Notes: generated by a model not told the origin, from the sequence alone. A stretch of 64,000 bases of DNA from an uncultured Pelolinea sp. (GCA_964493155.1 CAZBNE010000001.1:26065-90064); one strand, 5' to 3'. Positions 38,070-47,882 are shown, counted from the first letter of the stretch. Translations and numbers: made by a program.

Positions 38070-39563
38070 TTGCCTGAAAATTACGACATCATTATTATTG
38101 GCGGGGGCGTTGTAGGCTGCTTGACCGCGCGTTTTCTCTCGCGTTATCAATTAAAAATTTTGCTGATCGATAAAGAAGAGGATATCGGTTCAGTCACCTC
38201 AGCGTCCAATACCGCCCTGGTTCATCCCGGGTATGATCCGGTCACCGGTTCCCTGAAAGCCGCCCTGAATGTGGCTGCTGTTCCCATGTGGTCGTTGTTG
38301 GCCTCGGAACTCAACTTTGCATACGAGAACAGCGGTGATTATGTTGTAGCAGTTGGGGATGAAGAACTTCCCAAACTGGATGCGCTTTATCAGCGCGGCA
38401 TCTGCAATGGTGTTTCGGGCATGCGCATGTTTTCAGCGGACGAAATGCGCAAACGCGAACCGCTGATCAATCCGTTGGTCAGCGGCGCCTTGTTTGCCGA
38501 AACAGGCGCGATGTGCGACCCGTTTGGGCTCACTTTGGCAGCCGCAGAAAACGCTGTAATGAATGGCGTAAAGATCCTGCGTGAAACTGCCTTTATAGAT
38601 TTCATTATGGCAGGTCCACGTATCATAGGCATCCGCACCAACCGCGGAGATTTCTCCTGCCGCTGGGCGATCAATGCCGCCGGTCTGAATTCAGATATGG
38701 TCATGCATCAGGCCGCTGTGCGCCCTGAATTCCACATTACTCCGCGTAAAGGCGAATACCTGATCATTGACCGCACGGAATTTCAATTGAGGTCAGTTTA
38801 TTTTCCTGTGCCGACCGCTGTGAGCAAGGGTATTTTAGCAACCGCTACCGTTCATGGCAACACCGTGCTCGGCCCGACAGCGCGGGATCAGGAAGACAAG
38901 ACCGACAATGCCAATACCCCTGAAGGGCTGGCCGAGGTACTGTCGGGCGGAAAAAAGCTGGTTCCGGCTGTGGAAGTGCGCCATGTGATCGCCATCTTTG
39001 CCGGGCTGCGCGCAACCGGTAATGCCCCCTGCGAGACTCCCGGCGTTTCATATCACCATGATTTCATTGTGGAGATCCCGCAAAAAGTACAGGGGTTGGT
39101 CAACCTGGGCGGCATCGAATCACCCGGGCTCACCTCTTCCCCGGCTATTGCACAGCGTGTTGTGGATTTGTTAAATGACGCCGGAGAAGATCTTAAAGAA
39201 AAGAAGGAATGGAATCCCATCCGCCCGGCTCGCCCGCAGTTCCGCCATATGACGCACGACCAGCGCCGGCAAGTGATCGCAAAGGATGACCGTTATGGAA
39301 AGGTGGTCTGCCGCTGCGAGAATGTGACTGAAGGCGAGATCGTCGCCGAAATCCATTCACTGGTGCCAGCGCGCACATATGACAGCATCAAGCGCCGCAC
39401 CTGGTTGGGCACTGGCCGCTGCCAGGGCGGTTTTGATATGCCGCGTGTCACGCACATTTTGGCGCGTGAACTGGGCATTTCAGAACTGGACGTCAGCAAA
39501 AAGGGTACAGGCTCGCGTTTCCTTGTCCGACCTACCAAAGAAGTTGAGGCAGCCGATGAATAA
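38070..39563 (+). CDS. FAD-dependent oxidoreductase, GlpA-like, with BFD-like [2Fe-2S] domain
   Basis: DIIIIGGGVVG dinucleotide fold, C-terminal CRCENVTEGEI...GRCQG. GGAGAG RBS before TTG 38070 (alternative ATG 38037). Confidence 0.75.
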   Translation: MPENYDIIIIGGGVVGCLTARFLSRYQLKILLIDKEEDIGSVTSASNTALVHPGYDPVTGSLKAALNVAAVPMWSLLASELNFAYENSGDYVVAVGDEELPKLDALYQRGICNGVSGMRMFSADEMRKREPLINPLVSGALFAETGAMCDPFGLTLAAAENAVMNGVKILRETAFIDFIMAGPRIIGIRTNRGDFSCRWAINAAGLNSDMVMHQAAVRPEFHITPRKGEYLIIDRTEFQLRSVYFPVPTAVSKGILATATVHGNTVLGPTARDQEDKTDNANTPEGLAEVLSGGKKLVPAVEVRHVIAIFAGLRATGNAPCETPGVSYHHDFIVEIPQKVQGLVNLGGIESPGLTSSPAIAQRVVDLLNDAGEDLKEKKEWNPIRPARPQFRHMTHDQRRQVIAKDDRYGKVVCRCENVTEGEIVAEIHSLVPARTYDSIKRRTWLGTGRCQGGFDMPRVTHILARELGISELDVSKKGTGSRFLVRPTKEVEAADE

Positions 39564-40830
39564 TCGCAAATATGATGTGGTTGTAGTCGGCAGCGGCCCG
39601 GGAGGGCTGGCTGCGGCAATCGCCGCCAAGAAAAATGGCGCGGATCGCGTTCTGGTCATCGAACGCGATCTGGAGCTGGGCGGTATCCTGCTACAGTGCA
39701 TCCATAATGGCTTTGGCGTTGAGGTCTTTAAAGAAGACCTGCCTGGCCCTGCCTACGCCCAGCGCTTTATTAAAGAAGCCAGGGACCTCAAGGTGGAAGC
39801 CATGCTGGACAGTATGGTCCTTGAGGCATCATCCGATCGGAGTCTGTTTGTTACCAGCCGACAGGGTGGCATTCAGGAAATAAAAGCCGGGGCTTTGGTG
39901 TTTGCCATGGGCTGCCGTGAACGCACGCGCGCACAGGTGCGCCTGCCCGGCACGCGCCCGGCAGGCGTGTTTACCGCCGGTACTGCCCAGCGTTGGGTGA
40001 ATGTGGAAGGATTCATGCCCGGCAAGCGTTTTGTCATCCTCGGTTCTGGCGATATCGGTATGATCATGGCGCGTCGCCTGACTTTTGAGGGCGCCAGGGT
40101 TGAAAGAGTGCTTGAGATCATGCCATTTCTTTCCGGCCTCACCCGCAATTATGTGCAATGCCTGCAGGATAACGACATCCCGCTTCAGCTTCAGCATACG
40201 GTGAAACGCATCATCGGCAGCCGGCGTGTTGAAGCCGTCGAAGCTGTGGCAGTTGATGACCATTGGCAGCCCATCCCGGGCAGCGAGGAGATCATTCCCT
40301 GTGATACGCTGCTTCTTTCTGTAGGGCTTATCCCTGAAAACGAGCTTTCACGCCAGGCCGGCGTTCGGCTTGATCCAGTAACCGGCGGTCCCATCGTGGA
40401 TAACCGCTTCCAGACAAGCGTGCCGGGGGTGTTTGCGGCCGGAAATGTGGTGCATGTATATGACCTGGTGGATTGGGTTACCGAAGCCGGCTATGAAGCT
40501 GGCAAAAGCGCTGCCTTGTTCGCTCAGGGCAGGCTGGCTCAGCCTTCAAAACTAGTCTCAGTGTGTGCCGGTGAGAATGTGCGCTACGTTATCCCCCATA
40601 CGATTGATCTGCAGGCATTGGCTGATGACGCTATCGCCTTACAGATGCGCGTCCGCCTGCCAATTGAAGCGCCAGTGTGGGTGGAAGCTGTTGCAGGTAA
40701 TCATCAGCTAGCGCGCCGCTCGCTGCCTTATGCCCGCCCGGGTGAGATGGTCACGCTCAACCTTAAGCCTGAAGCCGCACAAGAGCTCCAAAAATCAGAT
40801 AAACTTGTGCTGAATATTTGCAAACGTTAA
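39556..40830 (+). CDS. Pyridine nucleotide-disulfide family FAD/NAD(P) oxidoreductase
   Basis: DVVVVGSGPGGLAAAI and a second Rossmann fold ILGSGDIGM. ATG 39556 overlaps the upstream stop by 8 nt. Confidence 0.75.
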   Translation: MNNRKYDVVVVGSGPGGLAAAIAAKKNGADRVLVIERDLELGGILLQCIHNGFGVEVFKEDLPGPAYAQRFIKEARDLKVEAMLDSMVLEASSDRSLFVTSRQGGIQEIKAGALVFAMGCRERTRAQVRLPGTRPAGVFTAGTAQRWVNVEGFMPGKRFVILGSGDIGMIMARRLTFEGARVERVLEIMPFLSGLTRNYVQCLQDNDIPLQLQHTVKRIIGSRRVEAVEAVAVDDHWQPIPGSEEIIPCDTLLLSVGLIPENELSRQAGVRLDPVTGGPIVDNRFQTSVPGVFAAGNVVHVYDLVDWVTEAGYEAGKSAALFAQGRLAQPSKLVSVCAGENVRYVIPHTIDLQALADDAIALQMRVRLPIEAPVWVEAVAGNHQLARRSLPYARPGEMVTLNLKPEAAQELQKSDKLVLNICKR

Positions 40831-40834
40831 AATC

Positions 40835-41206
40835 ATGATAAATCTTTCTTCTGAACCAACCGAAATCATCTGCGTCGCCTGTCCCAAGGGCTGCCGCCTG
40901 GATGCGCGCCGTGAAAATGGCGAGATCCTGGTGACACATGAAGGCTGCAAACGCGGCAGGGAATACGCTGTGAGCGAGATCACCGACCCGCGCCGCATGG
41001 TCGCTACGACTGTACGCGTTGAAAAAGGAACTCACCCCCTGCTGCCAGTCTATACCGCCAGTCCTTTCCCCAAGCAAAAGATCACAGAACTATTGAAAGT
41101 TCTGCGCGCGTTAAGAATCCCCGCCCCTGTATCCGTCAATCAGGTCATCCTGCCTGATGCGTTAGGGACAGGCATCGATGTCATCGCCAGCCGCGATTTA
41201 GATTAA
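40835..41206 (+). CDS. DUF1667-domain protein
   Basis: ICVACPKGCRL...EGCKRG Cys pattern. This is the usual third gene after the two oxidoreductases above. Confidence 0.7.
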   Translation: MINLSSEPTEIICVACPKGCRLDARRENGEILVTHEGCKRGREYAVSEITDPRRMVATTVRVEKGTHPLLPVYTASPFPKQKITELLKVLRALRIPAPVSVNQVILPDALGTGIDVIASRDLD

Positions 41207-41389
41207 TTATTGGGTATCTATTCCTCCCCATTTTTTTATATCCCTTCGCGAGGGCAAAGTGCTGAAAAAACCGATTTCGGCGGTTTCAAGCCGCCGACAC
41301 GAGGTGCTGATGGGGAGGGAACAGAAGGGAGGGTCTTGGTAATCAGCAAGTCAATTTACCAACAATTTAAGATACACCAAGGAAAGATA

Positions 41390-42082
41390 TTAATTCGAAG
41401 TGGTTTTCGTAGGTGAAGGGGAATAAGTCGAAGGGATCGCGTGGTAGAACTTGCAGAATATATCACCGTTGTCATTCACGATTCCCCAGCGTGTCACCTG
41501 GAGTTCAGTTGTTGGTTCTGTAGGAATCTGAATATCGATGACAATATCAACAGTTCCAGAGGGCGAGACATCGTTTGGCAGTGGATAAGTATGGCTGGAG
41601 CTGAGATCTGAGCCGCCCAGCCATTTAACATAGTATTCGCTGCTATTCCAGGTTACGATTCCGGTGTTGCGGATGGTCCAAACCATATCATAATTAGCCC
41701 CGGTCATTTGTGGTTTATCCGCGGGATTTTGAGTTACATATTCACAGATATATATATCCGGCGTGTGTGTCGCGAGCGGAGTTCCTGAGGTGCCTTCAGA
41801 TCCGCTTGAAATTCCGCCGCTGCTACCGCCTGCCCCGCCGGGAGCTGAAGCAGTCACAGCAGTATTTGAAGGGACAGAGAGTGATTGTGTTACGGATGCC
41901 GGTATTGGTGTTGCAGATGGATGAAGGATTGACTGGACGGTGATCTCCATGACAGCTGTTTCAACAGCCCAGGTCTGAATCGCGCCAATATCCAGGGTTG
42001 GTTGGGCAGCGGTATTGGGTGCGCAGGCGGCCAATAATGCATAAATCACCACGGCAGGAATAAGCCTGTTCTTCATCACCAT
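41390..42082 (-). CDS. Secreted NBR1-like domain protein (paralog 2)
   Basis: Lipobox LAAC, Ser/Gly linker, MVWTIRNTGIVTW...VDIVIDIQIP pattern. Confidence 0.6.
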   Translation of the reverse strand: MVMKNRLIPAVVIYALLAACAPNTAAQPTLDIGAIQTWAVETAVMEITVQSILHPSATPIPASVTQSLSVPSNTAVTASAPGGAGGSSGGISSGSEGTSGTPLATHTPDIYICEYVTQNPADKPQMTGANYDMVWTIRNTGIVTWNSSEYYVKWLGGSDLSSSHTYPLPNDVSPSGTVDIVIDIQIPTEPTTELQVTRWGIVNDNGDIFCKFYHAIPSTYSPSPTKTTSN

Positions 42083-42144
42083 TCTTCAGATACCCCAATT
42101 TCTTTGGATCTATGGTTATTATATAAGCGAATTCCCGTTAATTT

Positions 42145-42186
42145 ATAAAAAAAATGAGGCTGTCTCAAATTAGACAGCCTCATTTT
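42145..42186 (-). terminator. Intrinsic terminator
   Basis: 12-bp stem ATGAGGCTGTCT / AGACAGCCTCAT. The minus-strand RNA is followed by a U8 run. Confidence 0.85.
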
Positions 42187-42196
42187 AATTTAAAGC

Positions 42197-42916
42197 TTAA
42201 GGTTTGGGAGTCAATGTCGGGTAAGGGGGATAAGTGGATGGGATATTGTTCCAGAATTCACAGATCAATCCGGCTTGTCCGCTTTCCATATTCCATGCCA
42301 TGGTAATGCCAGGAAAGTCTACCGGATTGGTTGGCACGTTGATATCCACATAGATGTCAATCGTATCCCCGGGTTCGACATTCTTGTTAATATAGAAATC
42401 GTCTTTAGAAGTGACGTTTTCACAGCTTGTACAGGTTTCATCAAACTCAACAAAAACATCATTTGCCCACCAGGTGGTGGTGCCGACATTTTTAATGACC
42501 CAATGCCGGTCATATTTCCATCCGGTCATTTGCGGTTTGTCTAAAGGATATTCATCAATGATTTGGCATTTCCAGGCATCCGGGGTTGCGGTTGGGACCT
42601 TAGTTCCGCTGCTGCCGCCTCCTCCACCCGTGCTGCCGCTCTTATTACCGCTGCTTCCGCTGGAAGAACTTGATGGGGGCAGCGGGGTTCCAACCGTCGC
42701 TGTCGGCAGGGGAGTGAGGGTTGACGGAACGGATGTGGCAGTTGGGTTCAGTGCTGCCTGTACCGTCATTTCAGCAACAGCTGTTTGGACCGCCTGAGTA
42801 CGGATTAATAGCATATCCGGCGTCGGTTCTGTTGCAGCTTTTGGAGCGCAGGCTGAAAGCAGTAATACCGCGATGAGCGCCAAACCCAGGCTCGCAGTTT
42901 TTATTTTTACATTCAT
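42197..42916 (-). CDS. Secreted NBR1-like domain protein (paralog 3)
   Basis: Lipobox LSAC, Ser/Gly linker, RHWVIKNVGTTTW...IDIYVDINVP. GGAGGA RBS before ATG 42916 (the track uses GTG 42943). Confidence 0.6.
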   Translation of the reverse strand: MNVKIKTASLGLALIAVLLLSACAPKAATEPTPDMLLIRTQAVQTAVAEMTVQAALNPTATSVPSTLTPLPTATVGTPLPPSSSSSGSSGNKSGSTGGGGGSSGTKVPTATPDAWKCQIIDEYPLDKPQMTGWKYDRHWVIKNVGTTTWWANDVFVEFDETCTSCENVTSKDDFYINKNVEPGDTIDIYVDINVPTNPVDFPGITMAWNMESGQAGLICEFWNNIPSTYPPYPTLTPKP

Positions 42917-43069
42917 CGTGATCCTCCGATCAATTTCCGGCACTTATCTTAAAACCGGGGTTATGCCGTATTGTTAACTGAAAAAGACGGCTTGTCAAGG
43001 TGGTGAAATGGCTTCAGAGAAGCTATTTTCAGGTTTTTATTGTAACACTACACCAAAAGATGCAAACCC

Positions 43070-43408
43070 TTAGAGTATCAGGATGATTCCCAGGAGTATT
43101 TCTACTGCGAGGCTGATGAAATTTGATTGGACCAGTGATTTATCCACAAACATCGAGACAGCCCGTACAAGCCCCACACCCAGATATGCGATACCAAGCA
43201 TCAAATACATGTCATTTGAATTAAAGATAAGCGGCGCAGCACCCAGGGCAATAAAGAATCCCCCCAGGACAGCGCGTACTTCAGTGATGCCGCGTCCCCC
43301 GGGAAGTTCCAATCCGGTGAAATTGCGCACTTTCAATGGCGCGGCAAGCGCAAATACGCCTGTGGCAATGGTAGCCAGGGATGAAATGATTTTGAGTAAC
43401 TCAAACAT
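43070..43408 (-). CDS. Small 4-TM membrane protein (DUF4345-like)
   Basis: 112 aa, four hydrophobic helices. Family call is from overall resemblance only. Confidence 0.45.
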   Translation of the reverse strand: MFELLKIISSLATIATGVFALAAPLKVRNFTGLELPGGRGITEVRAVLGGFFIALGAAPLIFNSNDMYLMLGIAYLGVGLVRAVSMFVDKSLVQSNFISLAVEILLGIILIL

Positions 43409-43545
43409 GTTTCCTCCGCAAGCAGAAAATATGAGACCATTATAAAATCGTTTTACATCTCGCCTTTCAATAACGATTCTCCAAAAAATATGAACTGCAT
43501 AAAAAAATATTTCGGGTCAAGTCATAGTGATGGCGATGATACGCG

Positions 43546-43686
43546 TTAGTCGATTGAATTGAGTTTGCGGTGCATCTGATCAGGGTAGATTGAGAAAATG
43601 CGAATAGGGTGAAAGAACGCACAAATAATGGTGTAAATGAATTCAATAATAAAAATTTCTGAATCTATGCCGCTCAGTTTCTCCAT
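43546..43686 (-). CDS. Candidate small ORF (46 aa, one hydrophobic helix)
   Basis: ATG 43686 is preceded by GAGG at 8 nt. MEKLSGIDSEIFIIEFIYTIICAFFHPIRIF... Lies in a 438-nt gap. Below the ORF-track cutoff. Confidence 0.2.
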   Translation of the reverse strand: MEKLSGIDSEIFIIEFIYTIICAFFHPIRIFSIYPDQMHRKLNSID

Positions 43687-43794
43687 CGGATTTGCCTCAG
43701 CCGAAAAAAGGATCACTAGAAGAAACCTTCAGGTAGGCGGATGAAGCCATGTATCTTGAAAAGAAATCTAAAAATAAAACCACCTGTTTAACCA

Positions 43795-43845
43795 GCTTTA
43801 AAAAAAACAGCCGCTAAATTGAATCTCTTGCGGCTGTTTTTTTTA
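43795..43845 (-). terminator. Intrinsic terminator after the PspC-domain gene
   Basis: Stem CAGCCGC / GCGGCTG flanked by A8 and T8 runs, so it is structurally bidirectional. Confidence 0.75.
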
Positions 43846-43846
43846 T

Positions 43847-44158
43847 TTACTTTGCTTTATCGTCGGTAGTTTTTGCTGCACTTGATCTTTTTACGGCAGC
43901 CGGTTTGGGCGCTTCCACCTGCTTGGGTGATTCGGATTTTGGTTTTTCAGCAACCTCAACACTTGCAGTCCCGACTGCAGGTTCAATGGGCATGATGATC
44001 CACAGGATCACATAGATCCAAAATCCGCCCAAAGCCAGGAACAACAGCAATACAAAAGCCAGCCGGATGGCGGTTGGGTCCACATCCAGATACTTTGCCA
44101 CACCGCTGCACACTCCAGCGATCATTACGTCAGATTTACTTCGATATAATCTTTTCAT
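43847..44158 (-). CDS. PspC-domain membrane protein with Lys/Ala/Pro-rich tail
   Basis: LYRSKSDVMIAGVCSGVAKYLDVDPTAIRLAFVLL. Confidence 0.8.
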   Translation of the reverse strand: MKRLYRSKSDVMIAGVCSGVAKYLDVDPTAIRLAFVLLLFLALGGFWIYVILWIIMPIEPAVGTASVEVAEKPKSESPKQVEAPKPAAVKRSSAAKTTDDKAK

Positions 44159-44210
44159 TTCTCACACTCCTTCATAATGATCTACGCAAACTTTGTAAGA
44201 AAGTTGCCTT

Positions 44211-45596
44211 TTATTGGTATCGTGCGGCTGTGATTGCTTTCAGGTAAGCTGCAGGCGAGCCGCAGGAATACCCCAGCGGAGCTTTGGGCTGCTCAAAACT
44301 GTTAACATCAAAATACATCACGTCTGGTTCAGCTTGCCCGTCATAGGTAATTTCCACCTTGCATAGTTTTCCAATACCCTGGTTTTCCTCCTCTAATAAC
44401 CTGGTATTGATGGGCTGCCCTTCCGGACCTGTCAGCCAGGGAAGACATTGGCGTTCGTCAATTCCCTCGATGCGCGGGTCATATCCGATTCTCACCGGAT
44501 TTTCAGGGGTAAATCCGTATGATGCGTCTGTTGCATTGATGCATGCGTCGCCAGGTGCGGCAGTTGGTTCAGGCAGGGTGCTTGCCAGAACGGTCTGGTC
44601 ATGCGCCCAGGCGGGGTAAAAATCTTCACCAGGATAGTCTGTCAGCCTGTCCAATCCATTGCCATCTGCGCCAATGATAAAAATGTCGCGATTGCCTTCC
44701 ATGTCAGATGCGAATGCGATCAAGCGGCTGTCAGATGACCACGCCGGCACTTCAACAACAGATTTGTAAAAAGTCAGTTGTTTTGGATCTGCCCCATCTG
44801 TGCCCATCACATACAGGTTCGCGAAACCATCACGCCGCGAGATGAACGCGATATGTGTATTATCCGGCGACCAGGCGGGATTGGAATCCGCTGCCGGATC
44901 ATTGGTTAAACGCATCAGTGAACCGCCATTTTTATTCATCTTGTAAATCTCGGCATCCACATCCCGTGTAGTTGAAAAGACGATCCACTCCCCATCCGGT
45001 GACCAGGAAGGAAAAAGATCATCTTCGGAACTGTTGGTCAGCCTTTTTACATTGCTCCCGTCAGAATCCATGCTATAGATCTCATTATTTCCATCGCGAT
45101 TGGATACGAAAGCGATTTTCTTCCCATCAGGCGACCATGCAGGCAGCACATCATTGGCGCTGTTTACGGTCAGGCGAGTCAGTTCAGTTCCATCAGCATT
45201 GACCACATAAATCTCAGGTCCGCCCTCCCGGTCAGACGTAAACGCGATCTTGGAGCCATCAGGAGACCACGCTGGAAAAACATCCACAGCTGGATTATTG
45301 GTCAGACGGCTGAGAGCTGAACCATCTGCATTCATCACGTAGATCTCAAAGCCGCCATCGCGGTCAGATTGAAAGGCAAAGCGCCCGAGCGGTGGCAGGT
45401 TCAATGGGCGGGCAGTGGGTGTGGGTGTAGGTGTGGCTACATTATCCGGCGCCCTGGTAACCCAGGGTATCGGTGTCTGTGTTGGCCAGGTCCAACCTTC
45501 ATTAATTTCAGTTAGTGTGGATTTAGTAATGTTCTGCTGGCATGCTGCCAGCAAAAGCGTCGAGATAATAAATATATGTAGTAATCTGATCCGCAT
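44211..45596 (-). CDS. Secreted TolB-like beta-propeller (PD40 repeat) protein
   Basis: Lipobox LAAC. At least six repeats of the form D..P.WSPDG..IAF.S.RDG..EIY. Confidence 0.8.
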   Translation of the reverse strand: MRIRLLHIFIISTLLLAACQQNITKSTLTEINEGWTWPTQTPIPWVTRAPDNVATPTPTPTARPLNLPPLGRFAFQSDRDGGFEIYVMNADGSALSRLTNNPAVDVFPAWSPDGSKIAFTSDREGGPEIYVVNADGTELTRLTVNSANDVLPAWSPDGKKIAFVSNRDGNNEIYSMDSDGSNVKRLTNSSEDDLFPSWSPDGEWIVFSTTRDVDAEIYKMNKNGGSLMRLTNDPAADSNPAWSPDNTHIAFISRRDGFANLYVMGTDGADPKQLTFYKSVVEVPAWSSDSRLIAFASDMEGNRDIFIIGADGNGLDRLTDYPGEDFYPAWAHDQTVLASTLPEPTAAPGDACINATDASYGFTPENPVRIGYDPRIEGIDERQCLPWLTGPEGQPINTRLLEEENQGIGKLCKVEITYDGQAEPDVMYFDVNSFEQPKAPLGYSCGSPAAYLKAITAARYQ

Positions 45597-45642
45597 TTAA
45601 TCCTCACATGGGCAGTCCCTTTTCATAAACATTAAGAGGTGT

Positions 45643-46335
45643 TTATGGCTGCGTGACACTGAAATCATCAAATGCTATTATCACGCCTGCCTCTTCAAAT
45701 GCCCCGGCGATCAATCCAACATCACCGTTTTCAAAACTTTTATCCTCGCGCGCATCCACCGGATCACCATTCACTGCCAGAGCCAATGATCTGCCAATGC
45801 ATTCAAAGTGGATGGTGTTCACCGCTGAACCTCCCAGTATGGAAGGCACCGCTATCATCGTATCCTGACCAAGCAATTTATATACACCATCTTTCATTCG
45901 AAAAATTCCTGCATAACCGTCGCTGCTGACCTGCGCTGAATAAAAATTCTTTTCATCCTGAAAACGGCAGATCACCCCGTAACTGTTGTTAACCGGTCCG
46001 CTCTTCCTTGCCGCTTTGACTTCAATGATTGTATCTTTGAACAGCTTATAAGGGTTAGCGAACAGGTCAGTATTGGGTTCATTGATTGAAATTTGGTAGG
46101 TCTTGTTTTTATAGTCAGTGGTCCCGATCTCGCCAGAAAAACGATCCCAGCCGCTCTTTACCTCAGAAAAATCGTCAAAAAAAAGCTGGCTGGTCTGGGT
46201 TGGTTTGGAAGACTCCTCCAAAAATGTTGATACCAGCGGAAGGTTATCGCATCCGGTCAGAATAACGGCGGCAAGTATGATTGATATGACCACTTTTTGG
46301 TTTTTCTGCAGCAACTTGTTAATAATCGTCCGCAT
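45643..46335 (-). CDS. Secreted lipoprotein with ConA/LamG-like (DUF1080-like) domain
   Basis: Lipobox LTGC. FFDDFS...NSYGVICRFQDEKNFYSAQVSSDGYAGIFR...GDVGLIAG...FDDFSV. Paralog of 23677-24432. Confidence 0.55.
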   Translation of the reverse strand: MRTIINKLLQKNQKVVISIILAAVILTGCDNLPLVSTFLEESSKPTQTSQLFFDDFSEVKSGWDRFSGEIGTTDYKNKTYQISINEPNTDLFANPYKLFKDTIIEVKAARKSGPVNNSYGVICRFQDEKNFYSAQVSSDGYAGIFRMKDGVYKLLGQDTMIAVPSILGGSAVNTIHFECIGRSLALAVNGDPVDAREDKSFENGDVGLIAGAFEEAGVIIAFDDFSVTQP

Positions 46336-46466
46336 TATTTATCTCCGCACCCGGGATAAGGCGTGCTCGCGTCATTATCTGGCTGTACACTACCCTGGGT
46401 GAAAGTAAATTCACTGAATAATTCAGGCATAGTATAGCTTATCTGGGCTTTACATGATCTTAAGTC

Positions 46467-47882
46467 CTAAATGTAAAAATCAACCGCCTTGTCCAGGGCA
46501 TAATCCAGGGTTGAACGAACGATCTCGGCGAAAGTGGGGTGCGCATGGATGATCTCACTGACATCCTCAATGTCGGTCTTCAGCGCGATCATATTAGCCA
46601 CCTCCTGCATGATCTCTGAGACATTATGTCCAATGGCTTGTGAAGCCAGGATCTTGTTGTCCTTAATCCACATCTTAAGAAAGCCTTCCGGGTAATCTTC
46701 AATTCCCGCGCGAAGGTTGATCGAAAATGGCACTTTGACCACTTTCACGCCGTTAAGATCCTCTGGCACGCTGCCAATGCCGACGATCTCTGGCATTGTA
46801 TAAATAACTGCAGGAATAACTTCGTAATCCATTTTTCGCAGCGGTTCACCGGCAGCTTTCATGATATTCTCGGCTGCCACGATCCCCTGTTGAATACCCA
46901 CATGGGCAAGTATCGAACGTCCAGTTGCATCTCCAACCGCCCAGATACCCGGCACATTGGTGCGCTGATGATCATCTACTCCTACACCTTTGCGGGTGAA
47001 TTGCAAACCGAGTTTTTGGTATGTTTCTTCATGCACCACTGCATTGCGGCCAATGGCGATTAGCGACATGGGCGCAGCGATCTCAACGATCTTCCCGCTG
47101 CGCATATCCTCGGCTTTCATCACGCCATTTTCAAGCGACAGGCATTTATGGGCAGTCAGGATCCGAACACCCCTTTCTTCCAGGATTCGGGTGATCTCAG
47201 CAGAAATATCTGCATCCATCAATGCCAGTGCCCGCTCCAGGAATTCAACTATGGTCACCTTGCTGCCCAAATTTGAGAAAATGGTCGCGAATTCCAGCCC
47301 TATCACACCACCGCCGACAATGGTCAATGATTCCGGAAGCTTGTTGATCGAGATCAACCGGTTGCTGCTGACGACTGAAGGGTCCTTCGGATTGATAAAA
47401 GGCGGGATAAGCGGCTGCGAACCGGTGGAAATGATTATGTTGTCACCGGTCAATTCAATTGGCGCGCCTTCATAATGCATGCTTTCGCCATCTTTATCCA
47501 ACTTGCCTTTGCGGACCAGCATTTTTCCGGGAGCGGTGATTTCTCCCTCGCCCTGAAAAATATCTACATTATGGTGCATCAAAAGGTCTGTAATAAATTC
47601 ACGGGTATGAACGACCACCTGATCGCGCCTTTTGGCAACTGCAGGAAAATCAACCTTGTATGAATTCACCTTGACGCCGTACTTACCGCTCTCGGCTACG
47701 GTTTTTGCGATTTTGGCTGATTCGATCATTGCTTTGCTGGGAGTGCAGCCCCAGTTGGTGCAGATCCCGCCGATAAAGTCGCGCTCAACCAGCGCCACCT
47801 TGCCGCCTAATTGTGAAATGCGAACTGCTGCCGAATGGCCCGAAGGACCTCCGCCCATGATTATTGCCTTGTAATGAGTCAT
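46467..47882 (-). CDS. lpd: Dihydrolipoyl dehydrogenase
   Basis: GGGPSGH FAD fold, redox-active CTNWGCTPSK, C-terminal HAHPTFAE. Confidence 0.9.
   Translation of the reverse strand: MTHYKAIIMGGGPSGHSAAVRISQLGGKVALVERDFIGGICTNWGCTPSKAMIESAKIAKTVAESGKYGVKVNSYKVDFPAVAKRRDQVVVHTREFITDLLMHHNVDIFQGEGEITAPGKMLVRKGKLDKDGESMHYEGAPIELTGDNIIISTGSQPLIPPFINPKDPSVVSSNRLISINKLPESLTIVGGGVIGLEFATIFSNLGSKVTIVEFLERALALMDADISAEITRILEERGVRILTAHKCLSLENGVMKAEDMRSGKIVEIAAPMSLIAIGRNAVVHEETYQKLGLQFTRKGVGVDDHQRTNVPGIWAVGDATGRSILAHVGIQQGIVAAENIMKAAGEPLRKMDYEVIPAVIYTMPEIVGIGSVPEDLNGVKVVKVPFSINLRAGIEDYPEGFLKMWIKDNKILASQAIGHNVSEIMQEVANMIALKTDIEDVSEIIHAHPTFAEIVRSTLDYALDKAVDFYI

Noticed and set aside
39379-39555. N-terminal extension of the second oxidoreductase ORF (track start 39379)
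   Set aside because: The extension overlaps the C-terminus of the upstream gene in another frame and encodes Ala/Arg-rich filler. The canonical DVVVVGSGPGG fold begins right after ATG 39556.
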